This document shows positions 42,409-52,256 of a stretch of 64,000 nt of DNA, one piece after another. Position 1 is the first letter of the stretch. Each line of letters starts with the position of its first letter. Made by a program: the position numbers and the translations under genes. The stretch is from contig OY762911.1 in assembly GCA_963666565.1 (NCBI GenBank), positions 672,001 to 736,000 of the forward strand, in the 5' to 3' direction. The notes beneath the pieces are model-generated. The model was not told the origin of the DNA. It saw only the letters and a list, made by a program, of their open reading frames with translations, and made no database searches. This stretch comes from Thermoanaerobaculia bacterium. Lineage in GTDB: Bacteria > Acidobacteriota > Thermoanaerobaculia > Multivoradales > Multivoraceae.

Positions 42409-42514
42409 CGACGCAGGCAGGCGCCCCAGCGAGATCAGAACCGCTTCCTCCGGGAAGCAGACGAGGCCAACGAAGATCAAGCCCGTGAAGCCGCCTCCTC
42501 CAAAGAAGAAGTAG
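42389..42514 (+). CDS. Putative 41-aa basic Pro-rich peptide
   Basis: MSSRRHSD...KPVKPPPPKKK*; overlaps the 3' end of the SLATT-like gene. Confidence 0.4.
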   Translation: MSSRRHSDAGRRPSEIRTASSGKQTRPTKIKPVKPPPPKKK

Positions 42515-42608
42515 CGCGCCACCGTCTCCGCCGGGTGCGCGGATCTTCTGATCCGCTGCCGCCGAAGGCGGCCAGGAAGGCGCGACGGCCGAAGGCCGTC
42601 TCCCCCAG

Positions 42609-43943
42609 TCAGGCGCCGAACTTGCGGAGCTTTCCCGCGTTCGCCAGCAGCAGGCCCATCAGGTCGCTGGATGGGATCGTGCCGACGGCGCCGCGGATGG
42701 CCTCGGTCTCGGTGAAGCGCGCGCACTCGTCGACGAAGCAGCGGTCCGACCGGAGGAGCAGGGGCACGGGGTGCCAACTGTGGGCCTTCATCGGCGCCGG
42801 CGTGGAGTGGTCGCCGGTGATCGCCAGCACGTCGGGACCGAGGCCGAGCAGCCGGGGCAGCAGGGTGTCGACCTCCTCGATCGCGGCAACCTTCGCCGGC
42901 AGGTCGCCGTCCTCGCCCGCCGCGTCGGTGCCCTTGACGTGGAGGAAGAAGTAGTCGAAGTCGGTCCAGCGTTCTTCCAGCCGGTCGAGCGCCTCGCCGA
43001 GGCTCTTGCCGCACTCGACGACCTCCATGCCGCAGACCTTCGCCACGCCGCGGTAGAGCGGGTAGCCGGCAAGCGCCGCCGCCCGCAGGCCGTACAGCTC
43101 GCCGACGCCGGGCAGCGCCGGCAGCTTCGAGAAGCCCCGGAGCAGGAACGAGTTGGCCCGATCCTCGTCCCGGAGTTCCGCCTGCAGCGCGGCGACCGCC
43201 CGCGCGATGCGGCCGGCCGTCGACCGAGCCGACTCGATCGGCAGCGGCGGCACGCCGGTCCGCTGCGGGTCCGTGTCGGCCAGGTCCGCGTCCAGCGGCG
43301 GCGTCCCCTCGCGCGCCCGGAACAGGAGCACGAACCGGTGGGACTCGCCCGGATGAACCTCGACCTCCACGCCGTCGCCCAGCGTTCCGCCGGCCGCCTC
43401 GATCCGCCGCGCGAGCCGGGCGCAGATCCGCCGGCCCTCCGCGCTCGGGATCCGCCCGGCGCGCCGGTCCGTCAACAGGCCCTCCGCGTCGACCGTGGCG
43501 AAGTTGCATCGCGCCGCCACCGTGTCGGCGGTCACGTCGAGCCCGAGCCCCAGCGCCTCCAGGACGCCGCGGCCGATGTCCGCTTGCGGCGCCGTCGGTT
43601 CGTACCCGAACAGCGCCAGATGGCCCGGTCCGCTGCCCGGCGTGATGCCCGTGCCGGCCGGGACCAGGCGGCCGAGAGCCGACCGCGCCGCCAGCCGGTC
43701 GAGGTTCGGCGTCCGCGCCTCCTCAAGGGCCGTCCGCGGCTGGACCGGAACGCGGGCGGGGCGCCCTCCTTCCGGGAGGGCCGTCCGCAGGTCGCCGACG
43801 CCGTCGAGCACCAGCAGCACGATCCGGCGCCCGTTCGGCTGCGCCAGCCGGCTCAGGAGCGCCAACCGCGCGCCCGACGACGCGTGCTCGGACCCGTTCG
43901 CGGCTGGCCCGCCAGCGCCCCGCCCGGGCGCCGTCCGTTCCAT
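42609..43943 (-). CDS. apgM: Cofactor-independent phosphoglycerate mutase (ApgM type)
   Basis: LVLDGVGD, TPGSGPGHLALFGY, HVKGTDAAGEDG, TGDHSTP, HSWHPVP. Confidence 0.9.
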   Translation of the reverse strand: MERTAPGRGAGGPAANGSEHASSGARLALLSRLAQPNGRRIVLLVLDGVGDLRTALPEGGRPARVPVQPRTALEEARTPNLDRLAARSALGRLVPAGTGITPGSGPGHLALFGYEPTAPQADIGRGVLEALGLGLDVTADTVAARCNFATVDAEGLLTDRRAGRIPSAEGRRICARLARRIEAAGGTLGDGVEVEVHPGESHRFVLLFRAREGTPPLDADLADTDPQRTGVPPLPIESARSTAGRIARAVAALQAELRDEDRANSFLLRGFSKLPALPGVGELYGLRAAALAGYPLYRGVAKVCGMEVVECGKSLGEALDRLEERWTDFDYFFLHVKGTDAAGEDGDLPAKVAAIEEVDTLLPRLLGLGPDVLAITGDHSTPAPMKAHSWHPVPLLLRSDRCFVDECARFTETEAIRGAVGTIPSSDLMGLLLANAGKLRKFGA

Positions 43944-43954
43944 CGCAGCCCCGC

Positions 43955-44371
43955 TCACGCGACGAAGTAGGCCGAAGCCCGGATCTGCACCCGCGCCCGG
44001 GACTGGAAGCCGCCGCCATGCAGCCGGAACGCCGAATCGCCCGACATCACCGGCAGGACGATCCAGCCGTCGAAGCTCTCGCCCCGGTTGTAGGGCGAGA
44101 CGACGGGTTCGAGCTCGGCCAGCCGGGTCCAGTGCCCGTCCTCCGAGAAGTTCGCCCTCAGCTCCAGGTAGGCCTTGTCGAGGTCGATGGTCTTCCCTTC
44201 GCGAGGGTGCCATACCGAGACGACGAAACGCATCTCGTCGTAGCGGCGCGTGTCCACGCGCGCGCCCTCCGGGCCCCTGAGCGCGTAGACGAAGGCGCCC
44301 TTGCTGTCCGTGGCGAAGATCTCCGGCGTGGCCTCGAAGGTCACGTGGAGCGGCTGGACGTTCTGGCTCAT
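43955..44371 (-). CDS. Hypothetical protein (beta-rich)
   Basis: 138-aa ORF with coding-like codon bias, co-oriented with its neighbours. Confidence 0.7.
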   Translation of the reverse strand: MSQNVQPLHVTFEATPEIFATDSKGAFVYALRGPEGARVDTRRYDEMRFVVSVWHPREGKTIDLDKAYLELRANFSEDGHWTRLAELEPVVSPYNRGESFDGWIVLPVMSGDSAFRLHGGGFQSRARVQIRASAYFVA

Positions 44372-44466
44372 CGTCGAGGCAGCCGGTCGGCTTGCGTTAT
44401 CCCCAGTGCGTCAGGGCGTCGGACGGCCGGCCAGTCCGCGTCGGACCGCGCCGGGCCGCGGGCCGA

Positions 44467-44994
44467 TCAGCGGAAGCCGCGGCGCAGTTCGTTCCGGAAC
44501 GTCTGGAAGTTCTTCTCGCCGTGGAGGCAGACGACGACGCGCTCCAGCTTCGTGCCGCCCTGCAGGTACCGGTGCACCTCGGTCAGCAGGATGCGGGCGC
44601 AACGGGCGACCGGATAGCCGAAGATGCCGGTCGAGATCGCGGGGATCGCGATCGTGCGCTGGCCGTTGCGGTCGGCCAGGGCCAGCGACGCGCGCACGGC
44701 GGCGGCGAGCTTGCGATCCTCGTCGCCCTCGCCCATCCGCGGACCGACGGCGTGGATCACCTGCTTCGCCTTCAGGGTGCCGGCGCCCGTCATCACCGCG
44801 GTGCCGACCGGCGTGCCGCCGATGCGGTTGCACTCGTCCTGGATGGACGTGCCGCCCTTCTCGCGCACTGCGCCGGCGACGCCGCCGCCCAGTTTCAGTT
44901 CCTCGTTGGCCGGATTGACGATGGCGTCGACTTCCAGCTCCGTGATGTCGCCCTCGATCAGTTCGAGCAGCGTATCGTTCATCCTGACGGCCAC
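44467..44994 (-). CDS. Macro domain protein (O-acetyl-ADP-ribose deacetylase-like)
   Basis: GDIT..DAIVNPAN..GGGVAGA, IHAVGP, PAISTGIFGYP; GGGGAG RBS before GTG 44994. Confidence 0.93.
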   Translation of the reverse strand: MAVRMNDTLLELIEGDITELEVDAIVNPANEELKLGGGVAGAVREKGGTSIQDECNRIGGTPVGTAVMTGAGTLKAKQVIHAVGPRMGEGDEDRKLAAAVRASLALADRNGQRTIAIPAISTGIFGYPVARCARILLTEVHRYLQGGTKLERVVVCLHGEKNFQTFRNELRRGFR

Positions 44995-45316
44995 TACGTA
45001 CTCCCCAAAGCTGTCTGCCGCGAGCCGCGGCACGACGGCCGGTGCGGCCGGTGCGCCAAGGCCAGTTTTCGCGGAACTGCCGAAGCGTGTTTCGAGCGGC
45101 AGGATTCTATCGCAGTTGTGAAGACTGTGGCGTTTCGCCGGTACGGCTGCGCGTGAGCCTCGTTCGGTTGGAGCGGTCGTGACGGCCGGCGGGTCCTGAG
45201 GGCCGCCTTCGGCGGCAGCGGGTCAGCACCCTGGGGGCGCGTCCCGCGCCACCAGCGTCCCAGTCCGAGCGCCCGTCTTCGGGCGGTCGGATGGTCAGAC
45301 CCGCGCACCCAGCCAG

Positions 45317-46744
45317 CTAGAAGAGATCGCCGTCGCCCTTCGTGTAGTAGCCCCCGGCCCGCATCCGTTCGACGGCGTCGCGGCTGACGAACGGCACCAT
45401 GATCGCCACCAGGCCCTCCGGTTCGGGCCGCCGCGCGAAGCCGAGCCGCTCGATCTCCCTCGACCACCAGGCCGGCCTCTCGCTGAACCAGCCGCCGACC
45501 GGCAAGGCTGGACCGACGCCTCCGGCGCCGGGCGCCCGGATCCCGGCCACCAGCGCCCGCAACGCGGGGAGCTCCGCCGGATCGACCAGGACGTCGCCCA
45601 GTTCCACGCGGTCCGGCAGCCGCTTCGCGGCCGCCCAGCCCGCCAGGCGCCCGCGCCGGAAGGCGGCGAGCAGCTCGATGTCCCGGTCGGGGCAGTCCAG
45701 GTAGCGCCAGCGCAGGTACTCGGCGGAGCGCTCCACCAGCAGGCCGTACCGATCGACGGTCCGCTCGACCAGCGCGTCGAACTCGGCGCCGATGTGGGTG
45801 CGTTCCGCAATCCGCTGCAGCTCGTAGCGGCGTCCGAGACGCCGGCGGCCGCCGAGCCGCGCGTCGCCGGGCAACTCGCGCCAGGGGGCGTCCTCCACGA
45901 CCTCGGCGCCCACGTAGCGCGTGGAGAACTTCGTGATGTTGCCCGTGTTGAAGCCGTAGTTGAAGGCGACGCGGCCGTTGCAGTGCGTCAGGTAGAAGTG
46001 CCGCGACGTGCGCGCGAGCACGCTCGTCGGCCCGCGGCCCACGCCGCGCGCGCCCCGGCGGGTCATCGTGTCGCCGACCTGGTGGCCCTCGGCGGGGACC
46101 GACGGCGGCAGGCCGCGCCAGCGCACCGGGTACGCGCAGTACTGGCAGACGAGTTCGCCGCCGGGGTCGAAGGCGAGCGAGATCCGCGGGCCGCCGCGCG
46201 GGTTGTCGAGGTACCTCCAGCGCCAGCGCTCCAGGCCCAGGTCCCTGCCGAAGCTGTCGCGGAAGAGCTCGAGGATGGCGACCTCGTCGCCGGGCCGGTA
46301 GCCGCGGATGCGGTAGCCGTCCCGGCGAGCGCGGACGACGCGGAACGCGGGCGATCCGGCGCTTGCCCGCTCGCGCAGCGGACGGAAGCCGGCTTCGAGG
46401 AGGGCGAGGACGACACGGTCGTAGCCGCCGGCGGCGGGTTCGGCGGAGCGGCAGGCATCGCCGCCGACGGAGGCAGCGGCGGGGTCGGCGGCGCGCCCGG
46501 GATCGTCCCTGCCGTCAGCGGCGGTGGAGTCGTTGGCCGTCCAGCCGATCAGCACTTCGTCGGGGAGGGCGTCCGCGTCGTCGACCGGCTGCGAACCGGC
46601 GACGAGACGGGTCGCGTCCGCCGGCAGCGCGGCGAGGTCGCCCCGCGGCAAGACGCCGGCTACCGCGCGGTCGAGGTCGTTCTCGGGCGCCGCGCCCGCG
46701 CGCAGACGCTCGAGAGACCGATTCCAGGCCGCCTCCGCGCTCAC
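45317..46744 (-). CDS. GNAT-family N-acetyltransferase
   Basis: IRGYRPGDE..WRWRYLDNP, QVGDTMT..RGVG, YGFN, RSAEYLRWRY. Confidence 0.75.
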   Translation of the reverse strand: MSAEAAWNRSLERLRAGAAPENDLDRAVAGVLPRGDLAALPADATRLVAGSQPVDDADALPDEVLIGWTANDSTAADGRDDPGRAADPAAASVGGDACRSAEPAAGGYDRVVLALLEAGFRPLRERASAGSPAFRVVRARRDGYRIRGYRPGDEVAILELFRDSFGRDLGLERWRWRYLDNPRGGPRISLAFDPGGELVCQYCAYPVRWRGLPPSVPAEGHQVGDTMTRRGARGVGRGPTSVLARTSRHFYLTHCNGRVAFNYGFNTGNITKFSTRYVGAEVVEDAPWRELPGDARLGGRRRLGRRYELQRIAERTHIGAEFDALVERTVDRYGLLVERSAEYLRWRYLDCPDRDIELLAAFRRGRLAGWAAAKRLPDRVELGDVLVDPAELPALRALVAGIRAPGAGGVGPALPVGGWFSERPAWWSREIERLGFARRPEPEGLVAIMVPFVSRDAVERMRAGGYYTKGDGDLF

Positions 46745-46764
46745 GCCGGGGATGCTACTTCCCG

Positions 46765-46932
46765 CTGGGTGCGCGGGTCTTCCGACCCGCACTGGGTGCG
46801 CGGGTCTTCTGACCCGCTGCCGCCGCAGGCGGCGAAAGAACCGTCGCCGACCTTCGGCCGGCGTCCACTCTCCTCGGGCTGCGCCGCTCCGCGGCTTCGC
46901 CCGCATGCGGGTCGGAAGACCCGCGCACCCAG
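46765..46932. repeat. REPIN-like element
   Basis: Two forward REPs and one inverted REP. Confidence 0.85.
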
Positions 46933-46940
46933 CGGGCCGG

Positions 46941-48080
46941 CTAGGGCGTGACGCGGATCCACAGGTTCGACCCCGTGCCGGCACGCACGTCCGGCGGAAT
47001 CTCGAAGTCCGCGGCCTCGCCGGCGGCGACGCGGCAGCCCGCGGCCGGCACGCCCAGCGGCAACGTCGTCACCTCGACCCACGTCTCGCGGCCCTCCGCG
47101 CCGCCACCCGCGGCAAGTTCCGGCGCCTCCTCGAACCGTCTCGGCACGCGCTCCAGCCAGCGCAGCAGCGCCGCGAACCACGCCCCGTACCGGCGCCGCC
47201 GGAACCGGGCAGCAGACTCCTCGAACCACAGCCGTGCCCGCGGTTCCCGCTGCGCGCTCTGGTCGTACGCGTGGACGCAGCGCGCCGCCGGCGCCAGCAC
47301 GGCCCGCACGCCGGCACGCCGCGCTCGCAGCAGCCACTCCGTCTCCTCGAAGTACAGGCGGTAGCCCTCGTCGAACCGCCCGACCCGCCGCCAGCCGTCC
47401 CGCGTAACCGCCAGGCAGGCGCCGGTCAGCTCGTAGCAGGTCACGGGTTTCTCGGCCCGCCAGAACGCGCGGGCGCGCCGCCGCCAGCGCCGGCGGAACC
47501 CGCGGCCCCAGGCCGGCCAGCGTTCCGCGAGCGCCGCGTCCAGCTCGGCCCGCCGGGTCCGGAGCTGCTGCGGCGGCAGCATCAACCGGCAGCCCTCGTC
47601 CCAGAACAGCCGCGGGCCGGCAATCTCGGCACCCGGACCCGCGCCAGCGCCGGATTCCGCAACACCGCCGGAACCCGTCTCGCTGCCGGAACCCGCGCCA
47701 CCGCCGCCGAAACCCGCAACTTCGGCACCCGCCTCCACAACGTCCACGCCGCCCAGCGCATCGAGCAACGCCCGCAGGCAGCCGGCCTCGACCGTCACGT
47801 CCGCGTTCATCAGCAGCAGCACGTCCCCCGCCGTGTGCTCCACGCCCAGGTTGATGCCGGCGGCGTAGCCGAGGTTCCCGGGCGGCCGCAGCACTTGCGC
47901 GGGGAGATCCTCCGGCGCCGCGTCTTCGGCGTTACCGGCCGCGGACTCTTCCGCGGCGCCGTTGTCGACGACGACGATTTCGAGCGCCAGCGCCGACGCC
48001 CGCGCATCCTCGCGAAGCGCGGCCACGGCGGCCTCAAGACGCTGCGGCGTCCGGTAGTGGACGATGACCGCGGAGATCAT
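46941..48080 (-). CDS. Glycosyltransferase family 2
   Basis: VVVDNG, NLGYAAGIN, MNAD, GACL, FDEGYRLYFEE. Confidence 0.88.
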   Translation of the reverse strand: MISAVIVHYRTPQRLEAAVAALREDARASALALEIVVVDNGAAEESAAGNAEDAAPEDLPAQVLRPPGNLGYAAGINLGVEHTAGDVLLLMNADVTVEAGCLRALLDALGGVDVVEAGAEVAGFGGGGAGSGSETGSGGVAESGAGAGPGAEIAGPRLFWDEGCRLMLPPQQLRTRRAELDAALAERWPAWGRGFRRRWRRRARAFWRAEKPVTCYELTGACLAVTRDGWRRVGRFDEGYRLYFEETEWLLRARRAGVRAVLAPAARCVHAYDQSAQREPRARLWFEESAARFRRRRYGAWFAALLRWLERVPRRFEEAPELAAGGGAEGRETWVEVTTLPLGVPAAGCRVAAGEAADFEIPPDVRAGTGSNLWIRVTP

Positions 48081-48173
48081 TGGGCTCGCGCTCGCCGCTT
48101 CGCGGCGTCGCGCCCGGTGCGGGTCAGAAGACCCGCGCACCCAGTGCTCGACCCGCCGCACACCGGCAGTGCG

Positions 48174-48950
48174 TCAGATCTCGTCTGCGAGGCCATGCTT
48201 CAGCCGGGCGAACAGCGCGCCGCCGAAGACCACCGCGGCGAGCGTCGTGGCGAGCAGCGGCGCCAGGCTCACCGGGACCTCGCCGCCCAGGAACGCGGCG
48301 CGGTAGAGGTAGACTAGGCCGGTCAGCGGGTTCCACTCCAGCAGTTCCCGATACGGTTGCCGCGTGATGTAGAACAGGGAGTAGATGATCGGCGTCACGT
48401 AGAACCACGCGTTCAGGGCCAGGCCCACCGCCTGGGCCGTGTCGCGGAAGTAGACGTTCACCGCCGCCAGCCCCAGGCCGAGCCCGAACGTCAACGCCGC
48501 CTGCAGGGGCACGGCGACGAGCAGCAGCGGCAAGGTCCCGACGGACAGCTCGCCGATCAGGGCCAGGATGACGACGAACACGGCGCCCCCCACCGCCGCA
48601 TGGAGCAGGGCGCCGAGCACCAGCGACGCCACCAGCAGCTCGCCCGGCAGCCGCATCTTCTTGACCAGGTCGGCGTTATCCGTGATCGCCGACGCCGAGC
48701 GGCTGACCCCCTCGTGGATCGCCATCCACGGCAACAGGCCGCAGAACAGGAAGACGCCGAAGTTCTCCGTCCCCTCCTGGTCGAACGGGAGGCGCAGCAC
48801 GAGCGAGAACACGAAGGTGAAAAGCAGGAGCTGCCACAGCGGGTTCAGCAGCGACCAGGCGAGCCCGAGCGCCGAGCCGGCGTAGCGCGAGCGCACGTTG
48901 CGAACGACGAGTTCGCGCAGCAGGAACAGGTGCTGGCGGCGCTTTCGCAT
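48174..48950 (-). CDS. ABC-2 polysaccharide export permease (Wzm-like)
   Basis: RYAGSALGLAWSLLNP, YFRD, FYVTPIIY, NPL. Confidence 0.9.
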   Translation of the reverse strand: MRKRRQHLFLLRELVVRNVRSRYAGSALGLAWSLLNPLWQLLLFTFVFSLVLRLPFDQEGTENFGVFLFCGLLPWMAIHEGVSRSASAITDNADLVKKMRLPGELLVASLVLGALLHAAVGGAVFVVILALIGELSVGTLPLLLVAVPLQAALTFGLGLGLAAVNVYFRDTAQAVGLALNAWFYVTPIIYSLFYITRQPYRELLEWNPLTGLVYLYRAAFLGGEVPVSLAPLLATTLAAVVFGGALFARLKHGLADEI

Positions 48951-49093
48951 TCTCGTCGGCGGAGACTAGCGGATTCCGGCGAGAGCAGACCGTGCCGGCG
49001 GCGCCTCCCACGCGACCGAACCCGGGTCGCTCTCGGCCGGCGACGGGGCCGCTTCGCGAACCCGGCCTTGCTCCAGCGCCGGCAGGCGAAGGC

Positions 49094-50551
49094 TCACCGA
49101 ATCGGCTGGACGCCGCCCTTGCGGCCCAAGCCATAGCCGACCCTGAACACATCGGGCATGTTCACCCGGCCGTCCCTCATCCGCTGAACGACGTTCAGCG
49201 CCTCGAGGTCCCGCCGGACGCCTTCGGCGCCTTCCTCGAAGTGAGGGGGCGGCAACTTGACATCCCCCTGAGCCCCAGCCTCGACCAAGCGACGCACACC
49301 GCCCTCGTCGCTCCATTTTGCCTTGATCTCGCTGAAGTCGCAGGGCACGACCATGCCGGCGAGAGGCTCCAGCACGCGGTGTACCCACGGGTAGTCCTCC
49401 TGAATCTCCTGAACCCGTATCTTCGACGCTTCCTGGACTCCGCGCTTGAGGCTTTCGTAGTGCAACGCGACGCGGTGGTCGGGGTACCGGTCCCCCGTGT
49501 CCTCGGCCGCCGCCCGCAGGGCAGCAAGAAAAGTCCGCGGGCTCACCCGGCGCGCACCGTCTCCCAGGCGCCCGTGAACCCACCGATAGGGCAAACCTCG
49601 TCGCCGGTCCCGCCCCATCCAGGGGCCGGTCAGTTCGTGGAACTTCTCTCGGTCATACTCCTCATCCAGAACCAGGAAACGAGGCACGAAGAAGAGAGTC
49701 AACTGCTGCACTTCTGCCGACCGCCAGTCCTCAAAGCCAAGGAACTCGCGGAAGATCTCGCCATGCTGTTGTCCGTTCGCGAGAACATGCCAGAGCAGGC
49801 CGTAGAGTTCGGGGCGCGGCCAGTTGAGCTCGGCGCTTGAGGACAAGAGCTTCGAAGCATCCGGGAAGCTCCTGAGTCCCGGTTCGCTGAACTGATCCGG
49901 ACGGAGGAACACCTTTGCCCGTAGCCGCCGGTAAGAGCGCAAGTCGTGAACGCTCTGCAAGAGGCCGCGAATCACCCCCGACATGGTCTGCCAGTCGTCC
50001 GCGCAACGGTCCAGCGCGTCGAAAAGAACCAGGCAATGCTCGCCACGCGACGCGTACTCCCCATCGCGTTCTTCGAACAGCCGCGCGATGGCCTCCGGGT
50101 TCCCGCGGACGAACCGCGCGCGCTCGGACCAACGCTCACACCGCGCAACCGGGTGTTCTCGCGGGGCGATCTGCTTGGCCAGCACCGTCCACCACAACAG
50201 CCTCGGTTCAAGTCCGCCCTCGACCAGGTTCAGCAACGTGTCCTTGTCCGGATACTTCCCGGAATCCGGCTTCATCCCGAAACCGACCCGCACGTCGATC
50301 TTTCTCCACTCGTTCCGCCGAGTGTCTCCCTGATGCACCAAATCGCGCACCGTCCGGTCCTGAAGCGCACTCCACCAGAATGTCTTGCCGGCGCCCCTCA
50401 TGCCCACGACCACCAACCGGTCCAAGTCGAGCGCCTTCCGATGCGACGGCGGCAGATAGACGAGATCCGGCGGCGGCGCCTCGCCGTAGCTCGTTCCTTC
50501 CGGCAACGACCGGAACGCCTCGCGCGCCTCTGCCACCGGAATGGCGGTCAT
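49094..50551 (-). CDS. P-loop ATPase (Sll1717/STAND-like)
   Basis: Walker A VVVGMRGAGKT, Walker B LVLFDALD, KVFLRPD; ATGA overlap with the upstream gene. Confidence 0.78.
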   Translation of the reverse strand: MTAIPVAEAREAFRSLPEGTSYGEAPPPDLVYLPPSHRKALDLDRLVVVGMRGAGKTFWWSALQDRTVRDLVHQGDTRRNEWRKIDVRVGFGMKPDSGKYPDKDTLLNLVEGGLEPRLLWWTVLAKQIAPREHPVARCERWSERARFVRGNPEAIARLFEERDGEYASRGEHCLVLFDALDRCADDWQTMSGVIRGLLQSVHDLRSYRRLRAKVFLRPDQFSEPGLRSFPDASKLLSSSAELNWPRPELYGLLWHVLANGQQHGEIFREFLGFEDWRSAEVQQLTLFFVPRFLVLDEEYDREKFHELTGPWMGRDRRRGLPYRWVHGRLGDGARRVSPRTFLAALRAAAEDTGDRYPDHRVALHYESLKRGVQEASKIRVQEIQEDYPWVHRVLEPLAGMVVPCDFSEIKAKWSDEGGVRRLVEAGAQGDVKLPPPHFEEGAEGVRRDLEALNVVQRMRDGRVNMPDVFRVGYGLGRKGGVQPIR

Positions 50552-51837
50552 CGAGTACCGGGCGCCATCACGGCAACCAACTCGTCGAATCGAGCCAGGA
50601 ACTGGGCGTACGCCTGCTTCACCGGAGTTCGGTCCAAGTCTCGAAGCGACACGCCCCCCGCGAGGCCCCGCGTCCAATGAATCGGAAGGGGAACGTGGGG
50701 CGCGTCTTCCTCATCGAGCGCGAAACTGAACGGATCCCCCGCGGCCGGAACCTCTCCGCCGACGTCGTCGTAAAGACACCCCCTGAAGAGGTTCCACGAG
50801 CGTTCCGTGAAGCCCTCCAGGTACGAGTCGGTCTCAAGCTCCGGCGTCAACGCCGAGGCGACCCACAAACGCCCACGCAACCGATCCGCCAGACCGAGAT
50901 CCTTCCAGTGGCGAAAGATGATCCCGTAGTCGTCCCAGGTGCTCTCCGAGTCGACGGCGAACAGAAGAACCTGCGCGTTCAGGTCGGTCACCGTAGCGGC
51001 GGCCGCGTCGTGCAGGCCGCTTCGGCTCTCCAGCAGAACCGTCGAGGGCTCGTACTCCGCCTCGAGCGAGGCCAGCATCCGGGCAAGTCGCTGAGGCCAA
51101 GCCTCGTTCTCGCCGCCCATGTAGGCACGGCCCAGCTTCTCAAGGTACTCGCCCGGCTTCCGGCCGTGAGCAGCGACGATACGCACGTCGCCGTCCATGT
51201 CCAGCCCCCACTCCGGCGCACCCATCATGTCTCCCATGACCCGCTCGCCCTGGCCGACGAGATCCTCCACGAACCAGTCGACCACGCCGAACTTCGGCCG
51301 CCGTCCTTCATCGAGCATGGCCGAGGAAAGGCCCGGGGACTCCAGATCGAGATCGACCACCAGGACTCTCTCACCGCGTCGGGCAAGGTGCCAGGACATC
51401 ACCGCGGACGTGGTGCTTCTCCCGACGCCTCCCTTGACCGAGTAGAGAGCCCACCGTTGCGTCTCGCGTTCCTGCTCCGCGTCTCTCGCCGAGCCCCAAT
51501 CCTGCCCGGTCAGAAGCCGCTCCACGCGAAAAACGCCCGGCTCGACTACTCTCGCGGCTTCGGCAAGCGTCCCCAGAAGCTCGTCTTCCAGGAACTGGAG
51601 TCCCTCCTCGACCGGACAGCCGTAGGCGCCGAGCCCACGGTGCAGCGAGGCGGCCAGCGAGTCCAGGTAGTCGCGGGACTCGCGGTCGTCGGCGACTTCC
51701 GCCGGCGCCAGGATTCGGACCTTCCCGCGGAGGTCGCGGACGAAAAGGAACTCCGCCGCGGCCGGGCGTTTCCGTTCGCTCAGCGCCCGGTCCACGAGCG
51801 GCCAGACGTCGTCGAACGCGACGAGCGAGGCGCTCAT
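50548..51837 (-). CDS. ParA/MinD-like ATPase with KGGVGR variant motif
   Basis: SVKGGVGRST, VVDLDLESPG, LLESRSG; extra N-terminal domain. Confidence 0.85.
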   Translation of the reverse strand: MSASLVAFDDVWPLVDRALSERKRPAAAEFLFVRDLRGKVRILAPAEVADDRESRDYLDSLAASLHRGLGAYGCPVEEGLQFLEDELLGTLAEAARVVEPGVFRVERLLTGQDWGSARDAEQERETQRWALYSVKGGVGRSTTSAVMSWHLARRGERVLVVDLDLESPGLSSAMLDEGRRPKFGVVDWFVEDLVGQGERVMGDMMGAPEWGLDMDGDVRIVAAHGRKPGEYLEKLGRAYMGGENEAWPQRLARMLASLEAEYEPSTVLLESRSGLHDAAAATVTDLNAQVLLFAVDSESTWDDYGIIFRHWKDLGLADRLRGRLWVASALTPELETDSYLEGFTERSWNLFRGCLYDDVGGEVPAAGDPFSFALDEEDAPHVPLPIHWTRGLAGGVSLRDLDRTPVKQAYAQFLARFDELVAVMAPGTR

Positions 51838-52256
51838 ACCGCGGTACCGACCAGTTCGTGCAGCACCATGAGGCGAACGGTGTCGGCGCCGCTTCTGTGC
51901 CGGGCACCAGACGAACGCCCGAAACCTGCGCTCGCCGCGTAGCGGTCGTCGATGGACCAATCATGGAAAGGGTTGTTCGACGGAAGCCGCCCCAGGAACC
52001 TCGCGCCACGCCGGCCCGCGGCAAAAGAGTGGAAAACCGGCCAGATCTCTCGTGCGTGGCGTCGGTGTCCAGGCTGGACCGGCCTCCCCTGCGGAGACAC
52101 CGGCATTCCGAGGTGGACCATCGCGGCCTTGATACCGCACTCCGCGCTGAAGCCGTGAAGCTGGCTGGCATTCGCCCAATGCCCCTTGGCGTAAAGCAGT
52201 TCGCCGTCCCGCCAGTGGCGGGCATGCGCATCAACGTAATCGGCGGGTCGGCTCAC
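51834..52256 (-). CDS. HEPN-like domain protein
   Basis: HWRDGELL..NASQLHGFSAECGIKA, H..EIW, WSIDDRY pattern; start may be 52256 or 52265. Confidence 0.65.
   Translation of the reverse strand: MSRPADYVDAHARHWRDGELLYAKGHWANASQLHGFSAECGIKAAMVHLGMPVSPQGRPVQPGHRRHAREIWPVFHSFAAGRRGARFLGRLPSNNPFHDWSIDDRYAASAGFGRSSGARHRSGADTVRLMVLHELVGTAV

Noticed and set aside
50548-51837. ParA as a plasmid or chromosome partition system
   Set aside because: No ParB or parS nearby; the variant KGGVGR motif and coupling to HEPN-like and ATPase genes point to another role.
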